From an uncultured Gemmatimonadales bacterium (GTDB taxonomy: Bacteria; Gemmatimonadota; Gemmatimonadetes; Palauibacterales; Palauibacteraceae), in assembly GCA_963783385.1 (NCBI GenBank), contig CAWANJ010000009.1, positions 416,001 through 480,000 on the forward strand: a DNA stretch of 64,000 nt, written 5' to 3'. Each line of letters begins with the position of its first letter. Positions within the stretch are counted from its first letter, which is position 1. This document shows, piece after piece, positions 30,741-40,060 of this stretch. A model generated the notes under the pieces. It was not told the DNA's origin. It did not search any database and saw nothing but the letters and a program-made list of their open reading frames with translations. Both the position numbers and the translations under genes were made by a program.

Positions 30741-31253
30741 TCAGGCGTCGCCGCCCGGCCCCGCCTGCGCGTGCTCCTGGAGGCGCTGTTGGATCTGCTC
30801 CATGAGCTCGAGGCAGCCATCGGTCTGGTCGGCCATGTTCCGGAAGCGCTCTTGCAGCTGCTCCATGCTGCGGTTCATGACCGGGTCGTCGCCGAAGCCG
30901 GGCTCGCCGGCCATCTGTCGCAGCTGTTCCATGCTCCGGGTCATCTGCCGGACCATGTCCCCGGTCGAGCCCAGCATGTCCTGGAGCTGCCGGTGTTGCC
31001 GCAGCTGGTCGCGGGCCTGGTCCCGCGTGCGCAGCTGGTCCATCTGCTGCGACAGTTGCCGGTCCATCTGGTGGATGCGGTCCTGGAGCTGGTCCATGCG
31101 CTGCATCGTCTGCTGCATGCTCTGCATCTGCTGCTGCATCTGCTGCTGCATCCGGCCCATCTGCTGACCGTGACCCTGCGCGAGCACGGTGCCCGGAACC
31201 ACGAGGCCGAGGCCGATGAGCAGCGCGGCGGCGAGCGTCTTCGTGCCTTTCAT
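30741..31253 (-). CDS. Secreted Gln/Met-rich coiled-coil protein
   Basis: Signal peptide ending VLA, followed by repeated MQQQ/MxQL heptads. Confidence 0.75.
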   Translation of the reverse strand: MKGTKTLAAALLIGLGLVVPGTVLAQGHGQQMGRMQQQMQQQMQSMQQTMQRMDQLQDRIHQMDRQLSQQMDQLRTRDQARDQLRQHRQLQDMLGSTGDMVRQMTRSMEQLRQMAGEPGFGDDPVMNRSMEQLQERFRNMADQTDGCLELMEQIQQRLQEHAQAGPGGDA

Positions 31254-31311
31254 GGTGAATTCCTCTCGTCGCGCGCCCCTCGGCGCGCCTGGTGGGTCGT
31301 TCGTCGGGCGC

Positions 31312-32304
31312 TCACAGCCTCGTCGTCCAACCGGCCGACACGGAGACGTCGGGGCTGGACTCGGACAGGCCGATTGTCACGCCCACGCTGAGGCTCCGGC
31401 CCTCCCCGAGCCGGTAGCCAATGGCCCCGCCCACGTCGAGCGGGGGGTCCGTTCCGGCCACGATGCGGCTGTAGCCCGACAGGGACGCCAGGAGCGAGAC
31501 CCTGTCGGCGAGCCGATGGCCGATGCCCACGGAGTAGCTCACGGGGTTCTGGAGCGGCAGGTCGGGCAGGTCGCCCAGCACCCAGTAGCCCACCTCCCCG
31601 AACAGCAGGGTCGAGCCCAGGCGACCGGCGACCGACAGGGCGCCGCCCCCGTCCCACTCCCCCGTGCCGAAGCCTCGCGCGGGGTCGGCGAGCGGCGCCT
31701 TGACCTCGCCCGAGAGCGTCACGCTGACGTCCCCGCGGCCGCGCGGGACCAGGTCGACGCTCACCCGGAGGGTCGGGTCGCCCACGCCGACCTGGTCGAA
31801 GGAAGCCGTGTCGGGCAGCGTCACGCCCGGGCGTGTCGACATGGCCCGGGGGAGCCGGGCCCCCGGCACCGGCGCGGCGCCGCCCCCGCCTGCGGCGGAG
31901 CCGGCGGCCAGCGCTCCGGCGAGGCCCCCGCGCGCGTCCATGCCCATACCCGGTCCTCCGTGCCCGCGCCGCTGCAGCGAATCCCCGACGGCTCCCCCCT
32001 GCGGCCCGCCCGTGGGAACGCCGCCGCCAGTCGTATAGGAGATCCAGGGCGTGCTCTGGTAGATGAGGGGGAGGTTCGCGGAGAGCCGAAGGCGTCCGCT
32101 GCGCACGGCGAGGCCCGTGAACAGGTAGGCGGAGTTGGTCCGCTCCGTGAACAGGTACTTGCCGGTCGCGAACTGGAGAGAGCCCGAGTACGTGACCTCC
32201 TGGGCGGCTGCCGGGCGCGCGGCCACGAGGAGGAGCAACGCCGCGGCGTCCCGGAGCGTGGGCCGGGGAAGGGAGCGAAGGGCGGAGACGATCCTCTGGC
32301 TCAT
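31312..32304 (-). CDS. Putative outer-membrane beta-barrel protein
   Basis: Signal peptide (AAA-Q), amphipathic strands, [18 protein letters not shown] pattern, C-terminal strand VSAGWTTRL. Confidence 0.7.
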   Translation of the reverse strand: MSQRIVSALRSLPRPTLRDAAALLLLVAARPAAAQEVTYSGSLQFATGKYLFTERTNSAYLFTGLAVRSGRLRLSANLPLIYQSTPWISYTTGGGVPTGGPQGGAVGDSLQRRGHGGPGMGMDARGGLAGALAAGSAAGGGGAAPVPGARLPRAMSTRPGVTLPDTASFDQVGVGDPTLRVSVDLVPRGRGDVSVTLSGEVKAPLADPARGFGTGEWDGGGALSVAGRLGSTLLFGEVGYWVLGDLPDLPLQNPVSYSVGIGHRLADRVSLLASLSGYSRIVAGTDPPLDVGGAIGYRLGEGRSLSVGVTIGLSESSPDVSVSAGWTTRL

Positions 32305-32498
32305 CGTTGATCGGCCGGATCGGGGGACGTGGACGAGCCCGGCATCCACGGGGCGCGCGTGCTCGACCCAAAGGTGCAATCTGGGCGTGTCGACCGCGCC
32401 GATCTGTCGGGGGGCTTCCGGGTCCGACGGTGGGGAAAAGCACGGCGGAGCGTGTCGGAGTCTTCCGCCGCACGTCCGGGTGCATGAGGCTCCGTCCC

Positions 32499-32660
32499 AT
32501 GGGCGACGTGGACGTGCACGCCCTCCGGTCGCTGGACCTCGACCTGCCCACCTCGGGCTCGATCGGGTTCGAGGATCACGACATCACGGAGGCCGACGAA
32601 GCCGAACTGACCCGCTTCCGGCGCGAGCACGTGGGCTTCGTGTTCCAGTTCTACGGACTA
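32499..32660 (+). pseudogene. Internally deleted remnant of a LolD/MacB-type ABC ATPase
   Basis: [16 protein letters not shown] joined directly to [21 protein letters not shown]; Walker A and the C-terminus are missing. Confidence 0.7.
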
Positions 32661-32905
32661 CCAGGCCGGCGTGCCGGTGCTGGAGCGCGGCCGAGCGGGC
32701 GCGCCCCGGCACGGCGATCCCCTACACGGCGCGCCGGCATTCCCCCGATAGTGGGCGCGGGGGTACGCCCGGGACATTGCACGAGGACGGAGGAGGTACG
32801 TCCGCACGCTTGTTCAGGGCCCGCCGGGGGCCCGTGGCCCCTGGGCCGTCGGAGCGCCGCGAGACTGCAGTCGTCGAGTCGACTCCCCGCAGCGAGGATG
32901 CGACC

Positions 32906-33490
32906 ATGCAGACCGCTCCCGAGATCAGCTTCCGGAACGTCGAGCCCACGCCCGCCCTCCGGGCCCAGATCGACGAGGAGATCGGACGGCTCGAGCGCTT
33001 CTTCGACGGGATCACCAGCTGCCACGTCATGGTGGAGGTGCCCCATCCCCGGCACAGGGAGGGCAACCTCTATCACGTCCGGGTCGAGGTGCGGGTGCCG
33101 GGCACCGAGCTGGTCGTGAGCCGCCAGCCGCCGACCCAGGAGCAGCGCGAAGAGCTGCGGGTCGCCGTGACCGAGGCCTTCGACTCCATGGCACGGCAGA
33201 TCGAGGACTACGTCCGCAAGCTCCGGGGCCAGGTCAAGACGCGGGAGGAGCTTCCCCATGGCCGCGTCGTGCGCCTGTTCGCCTACGAGGGCTACGGGTT
33301 TATCGAGACCCCCGACGGGGACGAGTACTACTTTCATCGGAACAGCGTGCTGGGCGGCGACTTCGACCGCATGGAGATCGGCAGCCCGGTGCGGTTCTCG
33401 GTGGAGGAGGGGCTGGAGGGTCCCCAGGCGAGCACCGTCCGCCTGCAGGGCGGTCGAGCCGTACCGGCGGGTGAGGGCCCCCTGGAGTGA
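32906..33490 (+). CDS. HPF/RaiA ribosome-associated protein fused to a cold-shock domain
   Basis: [35 protein letters not shown] (HPF) plus [20 protein letters not shown] (CSD RNP motifs). Confidence 0.9.
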   Translation: MQTAPEISFRNVEPTPALRAQIDEEIGRLERFFDGITSCHVMVEVPHPRHREGNLYHVRVEVRVPGTELVVSRQPPTQEQREELRVAVTEAFDSMARQIEDYVRKLRGQVKTREELPHGRVVRLFAYEGYGFIETPDGDEYYFHRNSVLGGDFDRMEIGSPVRFSVEEGLEGPQASTVRLQGGRAVPAGEGPLE

Positions 33491-33556
33491 CGCTCGGACG
33501 GCCGTCGCCGGCCCGTCGACCGGCGGAGCGATCCCCGAGGCGGGCGCGGAGACTCG

Positions 33557-33690
33557 CTACGGACGCGTGGTGCCCCGCGACCTCCTCTCCACCTCCCAGG
33601 CTTCTTCGAGCAGGGCCCGGACCTCGTCGTCGGTGAGCTGCGGATAGTCCAGGTACCACACGCCGATGGCGAAGAAGGCGTCGGGCCGGA
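33557..33690 (-). pseudogene. C-terminal remnant of a putative phosphoribosyltransferase (Rv0571c-like)
   Basis: Minus-strand translation PDAFFAIGVWYLDYPQLTDDEVRALLEEA..stop; no start codon or N-terminal part. Confidence 0.65.
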
Positions 33691-33743
33691 CCGGGCTGTG
33701 GGAGATTCCCCGCGGGTCCCCGACGTCCGACTGGCGTCGCGCG

Positions 33744-33774
33744 GGCGGAACTTAGGGCGGAACTTAGAGGAACT
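33744..33774 (+). repeat. Tandem 12-bp repeat GGCGGAACTTAG x2 plus a partial GGAACT upstream of rtcB
   Basis: 33744-33755, 33756-33767 and 33769-33774. Confidence 0.8.
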
Positions 33775-33795
33775 CCGGGCCGATGGTGGGCGCCG

Positions 33796-35265
33796 ATGAA
33801 CGAGAATCTGGTACCCGGGACGCTGGAGCTGGAGAGGCTCGACGACCACCAATGGCTCCTGCCCCGCCGGGGGGCCATGCGGGTCGACGGGATCGTCTAC
33901 GCGGACGATCGTCTCATCGAGGACGTCCGACACGACGAGTCCCTCCGTCAGGTGGCCAACGTCGCGTGCCTCCCGGGAATCGTCGGCCGTTCCATTGGCA
34001 TGCCGGACATCCACTGGGGCTACGGCTTTCCGATCGGGGGCGTGGCGGCCTTCGACCCGGACGAAGGCGGGGTCGTGAGCCCGGGCGGCGTCGGCTACGA
34101 CATCAACTGCGGGGTCCGCCTCCTGCGCTCCGACCTCTCCGAGGCCGACCTCCGCCCACGGCTCGAGCCCCTCATGAACCAGGTCATGCGGGACGTTCCC
34201 TCGGGGGTCGGCTCCCACCACCGCGGCGGCGGGCTGCCCGTCGAGGAGCTGCGGTCCGTCCTCACCGGCGGGGTCCCGTGGGCGGTGGCGTCCCGGGGCT
34301 GGGGCGTGCCGGCCGACGTGGCCCGGATCGAGAGCGGCGGCGTGCTCCCGGGGGCCGATCCGGGCAGGGTGAGCGCCCGGGCCCTGGACCGCGGCCGCGA
34401 CCAGCTCGGGAGCGTCGGCTCGGGGAACCACTTCATCGAGGTGGGCTACGTCGACCGGCTGTTCGATGAGCCCGCGGCGGCCGCCCTCGGGCTGGAGATG
34501 GGGACGGTCACGGTGCTCATCCACTCGGGCTCCCGGGGGCTGGGCCACCAGGTGTGCACCGACTACCTGGAGGTGATGCTGGACGCGGCCGGGGACCACG
34601 GCATCCGGCTCCCCGACCGGCAGCTGACCTGCGCGCCGCTCGACTCGCCCGAGGCCCGGGACTACCTGGCCGCCATGGCGGCGGCGGCCAACTTCGCCTT
34701 CGTGAACCGGCAGCGCATGGCCCACCTGGTCCGGGGCGCGTTCGAGCGTGTGTTCGAGCGGCCCTGGGAGGCGCTGGGCCTGGGGCTCGTCTACGACGTG
34801 GCCCACAACAACGCCAAGTGGGAGACGCACGTCGTCGAGGGTCGCGAGCGGCGGCTGTGCGTGCACCGGAAGGGGGCGACCCGGGCCTTTCCCCCGGGCC
34901 ACCCGGAGCTGGATCCCACCTTCGCCGGAATAGGACAACCTGTCCTAATTCCGGGCGACATGGGCCGCTACTCCTACGTGCTGGTCGGCACCCGGCAGGC
35001 GTTCGAGGAGACGTTTGGTTCGTGCTGCCACGGCGCCGGCCGCCGGATGAGCCGGACGCAGGCCCGCAAGGTCGCGGGGGGACGGGCGCTCAGGCGGGAG
35101 TTCCGCGAGCGGGGCATCGTGGTGCGGGCGGCGTCGCGGGCGACGATCGCCGAGGAGCTTCCGGAAGCGTACAAGGACGTGGCCGACGTGGTCGACGTCG
35201 TCCACCGGGCGGGCATCGGGCGCAAGGTGGCTCGCCTCCGGCCGATGGGCGTGCTCAAGGGTTGA
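33796..35265 (+). CDS. rtcB: RNA-splicing/repair ligase RtcB (archaeal-like long form)
   Basis: MPDIHWGYGFPIGGV, GVGYDINCGVR, GSGNHF, IHSGSRGLG, HNNAK, HRKGATRA, CHGAGR, AYKD. Confidence 0.97.
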   Translation: MNENLVPGTLELERLDDHQWLLPRRGAMRVDGIVYADDRLIEDVRHDESLRQVANVACLPGIVGRSIGMPDIHWGYGFPIGGVAAFDPDEGGVVSPGGVGYDINCGVRLLRSDLSEADLRPRLEPLMNQVMRDVPSGVGSHHRGGGLPVEELRSVLTGGVPWAVASRGWGVPADVARIESGGVLPGADPGRVSARALDRGRDQLGSVGSGNHFIEVGYVDRLFDEPAAAALGLEMGTVTVLIHSGSRGLGHQVCTDYLEVMLDAAGDHGIRLPDRQLTCAPLDSPEARDYLAAMAAAANFAFVNRQRMAHLVRGAFERVFERPWEALGLGLVYDVAHNNAKWETHVVEGRERRLCVHRKGATRAFPPGHPELDPTFAGIGQPVLIPGDMGRYSYVLVGTRQAFEETFGSCCHGAGRRMSRTQARKVAGGRALRREFRERGIVVRAASRATIAEELPEAYKDVADVVDVVHRAGIGRKVARLRPMGVLKG

Positions 35266-35463
35266 GCCGCCGCCCGCGCCGGGAGGGTGCCCGCGCCTCC
35301 CGCCGACGGCCTCGACTACGCGGCATCGTCCGTTCGGCCTACCTCCTCTGGCCCCTTCCTCCCCACGGTGGGGAGGGGGATGGCCCTACAGACGGGGGCA
35401 CGCCCATGGATGAGCTTCCGTAATCGACTATGGACGAGACGTCCGCGGACGAAACGGAGGACC

Positions 35464-35661
35464 ATGAACGTACCTGCAATCCTGCTGAACAGCGGCTGGT
35501 TGGGGCCCGTGGCCCGGCTCGACGAAGACGACCCTCAGGGCGGTCCGCCCCATGGAGGGCCCGACGCGGACGGAGCATCCGATCCGCGCGCGCCCGACGA
35601 CCCGGAGCGGGAGCCGGAGTCCCCGCCGGTCGTCTCGGCGCCCGGCAAGCTCACCTGGTGA
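35464..35661 (+). CDS. Possible small acidic/Pro-rich protein
   Basis: SD GGAGG before ATG 35464; 65 aa; no recognisable domain. Confidence 0.3.
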   Translation: MNVPAILLNSGWLGPVARLDEDDPQGGPPHGGPDADGASDPRAPDDPEREPESPPVVSAPGKLTW

Positions 35662-35915
35662 GGATCGAGAGCGCCGTCCGGGCCACGGTCGGCGCGCGCC
35701 CCCTCCGGACCGCCTCCAGGAAGCTGCGCTCGAACACCAGGCGGGCCCGGCAGTCCGGGCAGCCATCCAGGTGCCGGGCCACCCGGCGCTCCCAGGCGGC
35801 CGTGAGCTCCCCGTCCAGGTAGTCGTAGAGGCGCTCGAGAACGTCCCGGCAGGTGATCCACGGTCCGGAGGGGAGGGCACCGCGCGCCCGCGCCCCCAGA
35901 CTGGCCCTGGCTCAT
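35651..35915 (-). CDS. Small zf-HC2 (ZAS anti-sigma-like) protein, split by one extra base near its 5' end
   Basis: Unlisted frame reads ITCRDVLERLYDYLDGELTAAWERRVARHLDGCPDCRARL. SD GGAGGGG + ATG at 35915 is one base out of frame; C5 run at about 35893-35897. Confidence 0.75.
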
Positions 35916-36111
35916 ACGAACCCCTCCGCTGACGGCGACCCGCTCCGCGGAATCCCACCCATGCCGTGGCGGGGCGCCGCCCCGGGGCCGAAGCGGTCCA
36001 CGACAGCACCCCGCCCACCACGCACACCGGTGGAACGACGAACGGGTTCGCGTGGTTCCTGGGCCCCCGTCCCCCTTTTCCGCCCGGGGACCCCGACCTA
36101 GCTTCGCCGCC

Positions 36112-39006
36112 ATGCACGAAACCACGACCCGCGCCTCCGGCGCTCCGGCCCCCGTCGCTCGCCTTCCCCTCGCCCGCACGTCGACGGTGCTCGTCGCCGT
36201 CGCCCTGACCGCGCTCGCCGCGCCGGGGCTGCCCGGCTCGGGCGGGCCCGCGCCCGGCTCGCCGCCCCTGGTCGCCCAGGAGGCGCCGTATCGAGGCCTG
36301 CCGGTCGAGGGCGGCGTGACGGAGACGGCGCTCCTCCTCCGCCAGATGGGAGGAGTGAAGCGGGTCCTGCTCATCGCCGCGCACCCGGACGACGAGGACA
36401 CGGCGCTCCTGGCGGAGCTGGCCCGGTTCGAGGGGGCCCGCGCCGCCTATCTGGCTCTCACGCGTGGCGAGGGGGGGCAGGACCTCATCGGCCCCGAGCT
36501 AGGGAAGGGGCTCGGGCTCATCCGCACCGAGGAGCTCCTGGCGGCCCGCCGGCTGGACGGGGCGGAGCAGTTCTTCTCCCGGGCGTACGACTTCGGCTTC
36601 TCCAAGACGATGGCCGAGTCCTTCGGCCACTGGCCCCGCGACACCCTGCTAAGCGACATGGTGTGGGTCATCCGCACCTTCCGGCCGCAGGTGATCGTGT
36701 CGATCTTCAGCGGCACCCCGGCCGACGGCCACGGCCAGCACCAGGTGGCCGGCGATCTCACCCCGATCGCGTTTCGGGAGGCGGCCGATTCGACGAAGTT
36801 TCCCGAGCAGCTCCGCTGGGGGGCCCGGCCGTGGCGGGCGCAGAAGCTGTACCGGCGCACGTGGCGGAGCAGCGACAGCGTGACGCTGCGGATCCCGACC
36901 GGCAACTACGACCCGGTCCTCGGCCTGTCCCCCTTCCAGCTGGCCATGTTGAGCCGGAGCCAGCACCGCTCGCAGGACATGGGGCAGCCCCGGCCGCCGG
37001 GGCCGCGCTTCACCCGTCTCATGCTCCTTCAGAACCTCACGAAGGCCGCGCCGGGCGCCGGACTCTTCGCCGGAATCGACACCACGCTCACGGGCCTGGC
37101 CGACGGCGTGGCGCCGAAGCGCCGCCAGGCGGCCGGGCGGGAGCTCGTCGCGTACCGGACGGCCGTGCAGGTGGCCCGGGACTCCCTCCGGGCCCTCGAC
37201 CCGGGCGCCGCGGTTCCACCGCTGCAGCGGGCGGTCGGGGCCATCGACTCGGCTCGCGCCATCGCGGAGGGCGCCGACCCGGCCGCGCGTGCCGCGCTCG
37301 ACCGGCAGGCCGGGCTCGCGGCCCGGGCGCTGCTGTCGGCCTCCGGGGTCACCTTCCGCTTCCGGGCCGAGGACGACCTGTGGATTCCCGGGACCACGGT
37401 CCGCGTCCACGCGGAGCTGTGGAACGGCGGGTCACGGCCCGTCCAGGCGGGCGCTCCCGAGCTGGCCCTCCCGGACGGCTGGTCGGCGCGGCTACTGCCG
37501 GCCGATAGCGTACGGGCGGCCGGCTCGCGGCGCCCGGGCTTCTTCGGGGTCGCGCCCTCGGCGGCTGGCGGGAGATCCGGCCTGCGGCTTCCGGCCGGCC
37601 GCCTGGCGCGCTGGACGTTCGACGTGCACGTGCCGGCCGACGCGCGTCCCACCGAGGAGTATTTCCTACGGCAGGACACGGTGGGCGACCTGTACCGGTG
37701 GCCCGAGGACCCGTCGCTCCGGGCTCGACCTCTGAACCCGCCCCTGGCGACCGGACGGATGTCCGTTCGCGTGGGCGACGGACAGGCGGTCTCGGCCACC
37801 GGGGAGGTGCGCTACCGCGGGGTGGACAAGGCCCGTGGCGAGTTCTGGCGTCCGGTCTACGTGGTCCCGCGCGTGTCGGTCACGGTCGAGCCGGGCGTCG
37901 TCGTGTGGCCTGCCGAGTCGGAAGGGGCCGATGGCACCGTGGACGCCGGTCGCCAGGTGACCGTGACGGTCCGGAGCGAGGCCCACGACACGCTCGACCT
38001 CGACGTCGGGCTGGACCTTCCGGGCGGCTGGACGTCGGATCCCGCCTCGACCCGGATCGTCCTGGACGAGCGCGGGGCGACCGAGAGCCGCACCTTCACG
38101 CTGCGGCCCGGCGGAGACGGGGCGCAGGGCGCGGGCGACGCGTCGGGCCAGGAGGGTCCCGATGGCTCGCGGACCTACCGGGTGACGGCGGCGGCGCGCG
38201 CGGCCGGCCGGACCGCCGCCGCGGGCCACGGGCCCTGGTCGCGGGAGCTCACCTTGCTCGGCTTCCCTCACACCGACCCGGTGCCCCTGTACCGCGACGC
38301 GAGCGTCCGGCTGGAACGCTTCCCGGTGCGCGTGGACCGGTCGCGGAAGGTCGGCTACGTGATGGGCTCGGGGGACGCGGTTCCGGACGCGATCCGGCAG
38401 CTGGGGCTGCCCGTCAGCATGATCGGCCCGGAGCAGCTCCGCTCCGGGGACCTGTCGGCCTTCGACGTGATCGTGCTCGGCGTGAGGGCGTACGAGGTGC
38501 GCAAGGATCTGCAGGCGGCCAACCAGCGCCTCCTGGACTGGGTGCGGGCCGGCGGGACGCTCATCGTCCAGTACAACAAGTACGAGTACGTCGACGGCGG
38601 CTATCCCCCGTACTCGGCCACCATGGCCCACCCCCACGACCGGGTCACCGACGAGCACGCGCCCGTCACCCTCCTGCACCCGAACTCTCCGGTGCTGAGC
38701 GAACCCAACCGCATCGGCCCCGGGGATTTCGACGGCTGGATCCAGGAGCGCGGGCTGTACTTCCTCCACAGCTGGGATGATCGCTACACGCCGCTCCTCT
38801 CCATGCACGACGCCGGAGAGGCGCCGAAGGAGGGGAGCCTGCTGGTGGCTACGCTCGGGAAGGGCGTGTACGTCTACACCGGGCTCGACTTCTTCCGGGA
38901 GCTACCGGTGGGCGTACCCGGGGCGTACCGTCTGTTCGCCAACCTCCTGTCGCTGCGGCCGGAAGCGTGGCGGCGGTGGCGGGAAGGCGCGAGCGGGGGC
39001 TCGTGA
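36112..39006 (+). CDS. Large exported PIG-L/LmbE family deacetylase with Ig-like (NEW3-like) and C-terminal GATase-like domains
   Basis: AAHPDDED, TRGEGGQ, RAYDFGFSK, HGQHQ, SRSQHRSQ, GWIQERGLYF. Confidence 0.88.
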   Translation: MHETTTRASGAPAPVARLPLARTSTVLVAVALTALAAPGLPGSGGPAPGSPPLVAQEAPYRGLPVEGGVTETALLLRQMGGVKRVLLIAAHPDDEDTALLAELARFEGARAAYLALTRGEGGQDLIGPELGKGLGLIRTEELLAARRLDGAEQFFSRAYDFGFSKTMAESFGHWPRDTLLSDMVWVIRTFRPQVIVSIFSGTPADGHGQHQVAGDLTPIAFREAADSTKFPEQLRWGARPWRAQKLYRRTWRSSDSVTLRIPTGNYDPVLGLSPFQLAMLSRSQHRSQDMGQPRPPGPRFTRLMLLQNLTKAAPGAGLFAGIDTTLTGLADGVAPKRRQAAGRELVAYRTAVQVARDSLRALDPGAAVPPLQRAVGAIDSARAIAEGADPAARAALDRQAGLAARALLSASGVTFRFRAEDDLWIPGTTVRVHAELWNGGSRPVQAGAPELALPDGWSARLLPADSVRAAGSRRPGFFGVAPSAAGGRSGLRLPAGRLARWTFDVHVPADARPTEEYFLRQDTVGDLYRWPEDPSLRARPLNPPLATGRMSVRVGDGQAVSATGEVRYRGVDKARGEFWRPVYVVPRVSVTVEPGVVVWPAESEGADGTVDAGRQVTVTVRSEAHDTLDLDVGLDLPGGWTSDPASTRIVLDERGATESRTFTLRPGGDGAQGAGDASGQEGPDGSRTYRVTAAARAAGRTAAAGHGPWSRELTLLGFPHTDPVPLYRDASVRLERFPVRVDRSRKVGYVMGSGDAVPDAIRQLGLPVSMIGPEQLRSGDLSAFDVIVLGVRAYEVRKDLQAANQRLLDWVRAGGTLIVQYNKYEYVDGGYPPYSATMAHPHDRVTDEHAPVTLLHPNSPVLSEPNRIGPGDFDGWIQERGLYFLHSWDDRYTPLLSMHDAGEAPKEGSLLVATLGKGVYVYTGLDFFRELPVGVPGAYRLFANLLSLRPEAWRRWREGASGGS

Positions 39007-40049
39007 CGGGTCGCCTCCGGGCCGCGGCGCTGGCGGGCCTGGCCGCCCTGTGGGGCTGCGGGGGCGGGGGCGGCCGCACCCCGCTGGTCATCTACTCGCC
39101 CCACGGCCGCGACCTGCTCGCCCACTTCGAGCAGCGCTTCGAGGCCACCCATCCCGACGTGGACGTCCAGTGGGTGGACATGGGCAGCCAGGAGGTCCTG
39201 GATCGGCTGCGCTCGGAGAAGGCCAATCCGCAGGCGGATGTGTGGTGGGGCGCCCCGACCGAGATCTTCGCGCGCGCCGCATTGGAGGGACTGCTGGCGC
39301 CGTCGCGGCCGAGCTGGGCCGATTCGGTGCCGGCCGCGGCGCGCGACTCCGCCGGCCGCTGGTACGGGACGTACCGCACACCGGAGGTCATCGCCTACAA
39401 CTCGGACGCGCTCACGCGCGCCGAGGCGCCCCAGGACTGGGACGACCTCCTCGCCCCGAAGTGGCGCGGCAAGGTGCTCATCCGGGACCCGCTCGCCTCG
39501 GGCACGATGCACGCCATCTTCGGCGCCATCATGTGGCGTGAGTACGCGCGCACGGGCGATTCGACCGCGGGCTACACGTGGCTCCTCAAGCTCGACGCCC
39601 AGACCAGCGACTACGTCCTCAATCCCACGCTGCTGTATCAGAAGCTGGCCCGGCAGGAGGGGCTGGTGACCGTGTGGGACATGCCGGACGTCGAGACGCT
39701 CAGGGCCACGACCAGCCTGCCGATCGACTACCTGATCCCGAAGAGCGGAACGCCGGTCGTCATCGACGCGATCGCGGTCGTGAAGGGTGCGAAGCACCCG
39801 GCGCTGGCGCGGGCCTTCCTGCAGTGGGCGGGGAGCCGTCCCGAGGTGCTCGAGGCGGCGCGGCGCTTCTATCGGATCCCCGTTCGCACGGACGTCCCCG
39901 ACGACTCGCTGCCGGAGTGGCTGCGGCGGACCCTCCCGGAGATTCGCCCCATGGACGTGGACAGGGCGTACGTGCAGGAGCACCTGCCGGCATGGCTCCG
40001 GCACTGGGACCGGGAGATCAGGAACCGCGGCCGCGACGAGGGCTACTGA
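39003..40049 (+). CDS. ABC substrate-binding lipoprotein (AfuA/Fe3+/sugar-phosphate type)
   Basis: Lipobox LWGC, LVIYSPHG, EKANPQADVWWG, DPLASGT. Confidence 0.88.
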   Translation: MTGRLRAAALAGLAALWGCGGGGGRTPLVIYSPHGRDLLAHFEQRFEATHPDVDVQWVDMGSQEVLDRLRSEKANPQADVWWGAPTEIFARAALEGLLAPSRPSWADSVPAAARDSAGRWYGTYRTPEVIAYNSDALTRAEAPQDWDDLLAPKWRGKVLIRDPLASGTMHAIFGAIMWREYARTGDSTAGYTWLLKLDAQTSDYVLNPTLLYQKLARQEGLVTVWDMPDVETLRATTSLPIDYLIPKSGTPVVIDAIAVVKGAKHPALARAFLQWAGSRPEVLEAARRFYRIPVRTDVPDDSLPEWLRRTLPEIRPMDVDRAYVQEHLPAWLRHWDREIRNRGRDEGY

Positions 40050-40060
40050 ACGAGTCGGGC

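Noticed and set aside
31080-31170. CAG-rich tandem repeats as a DNA-level element
   Set aside because: They are explained by the Gln/Met-rich coding sequence of 30741-31253.
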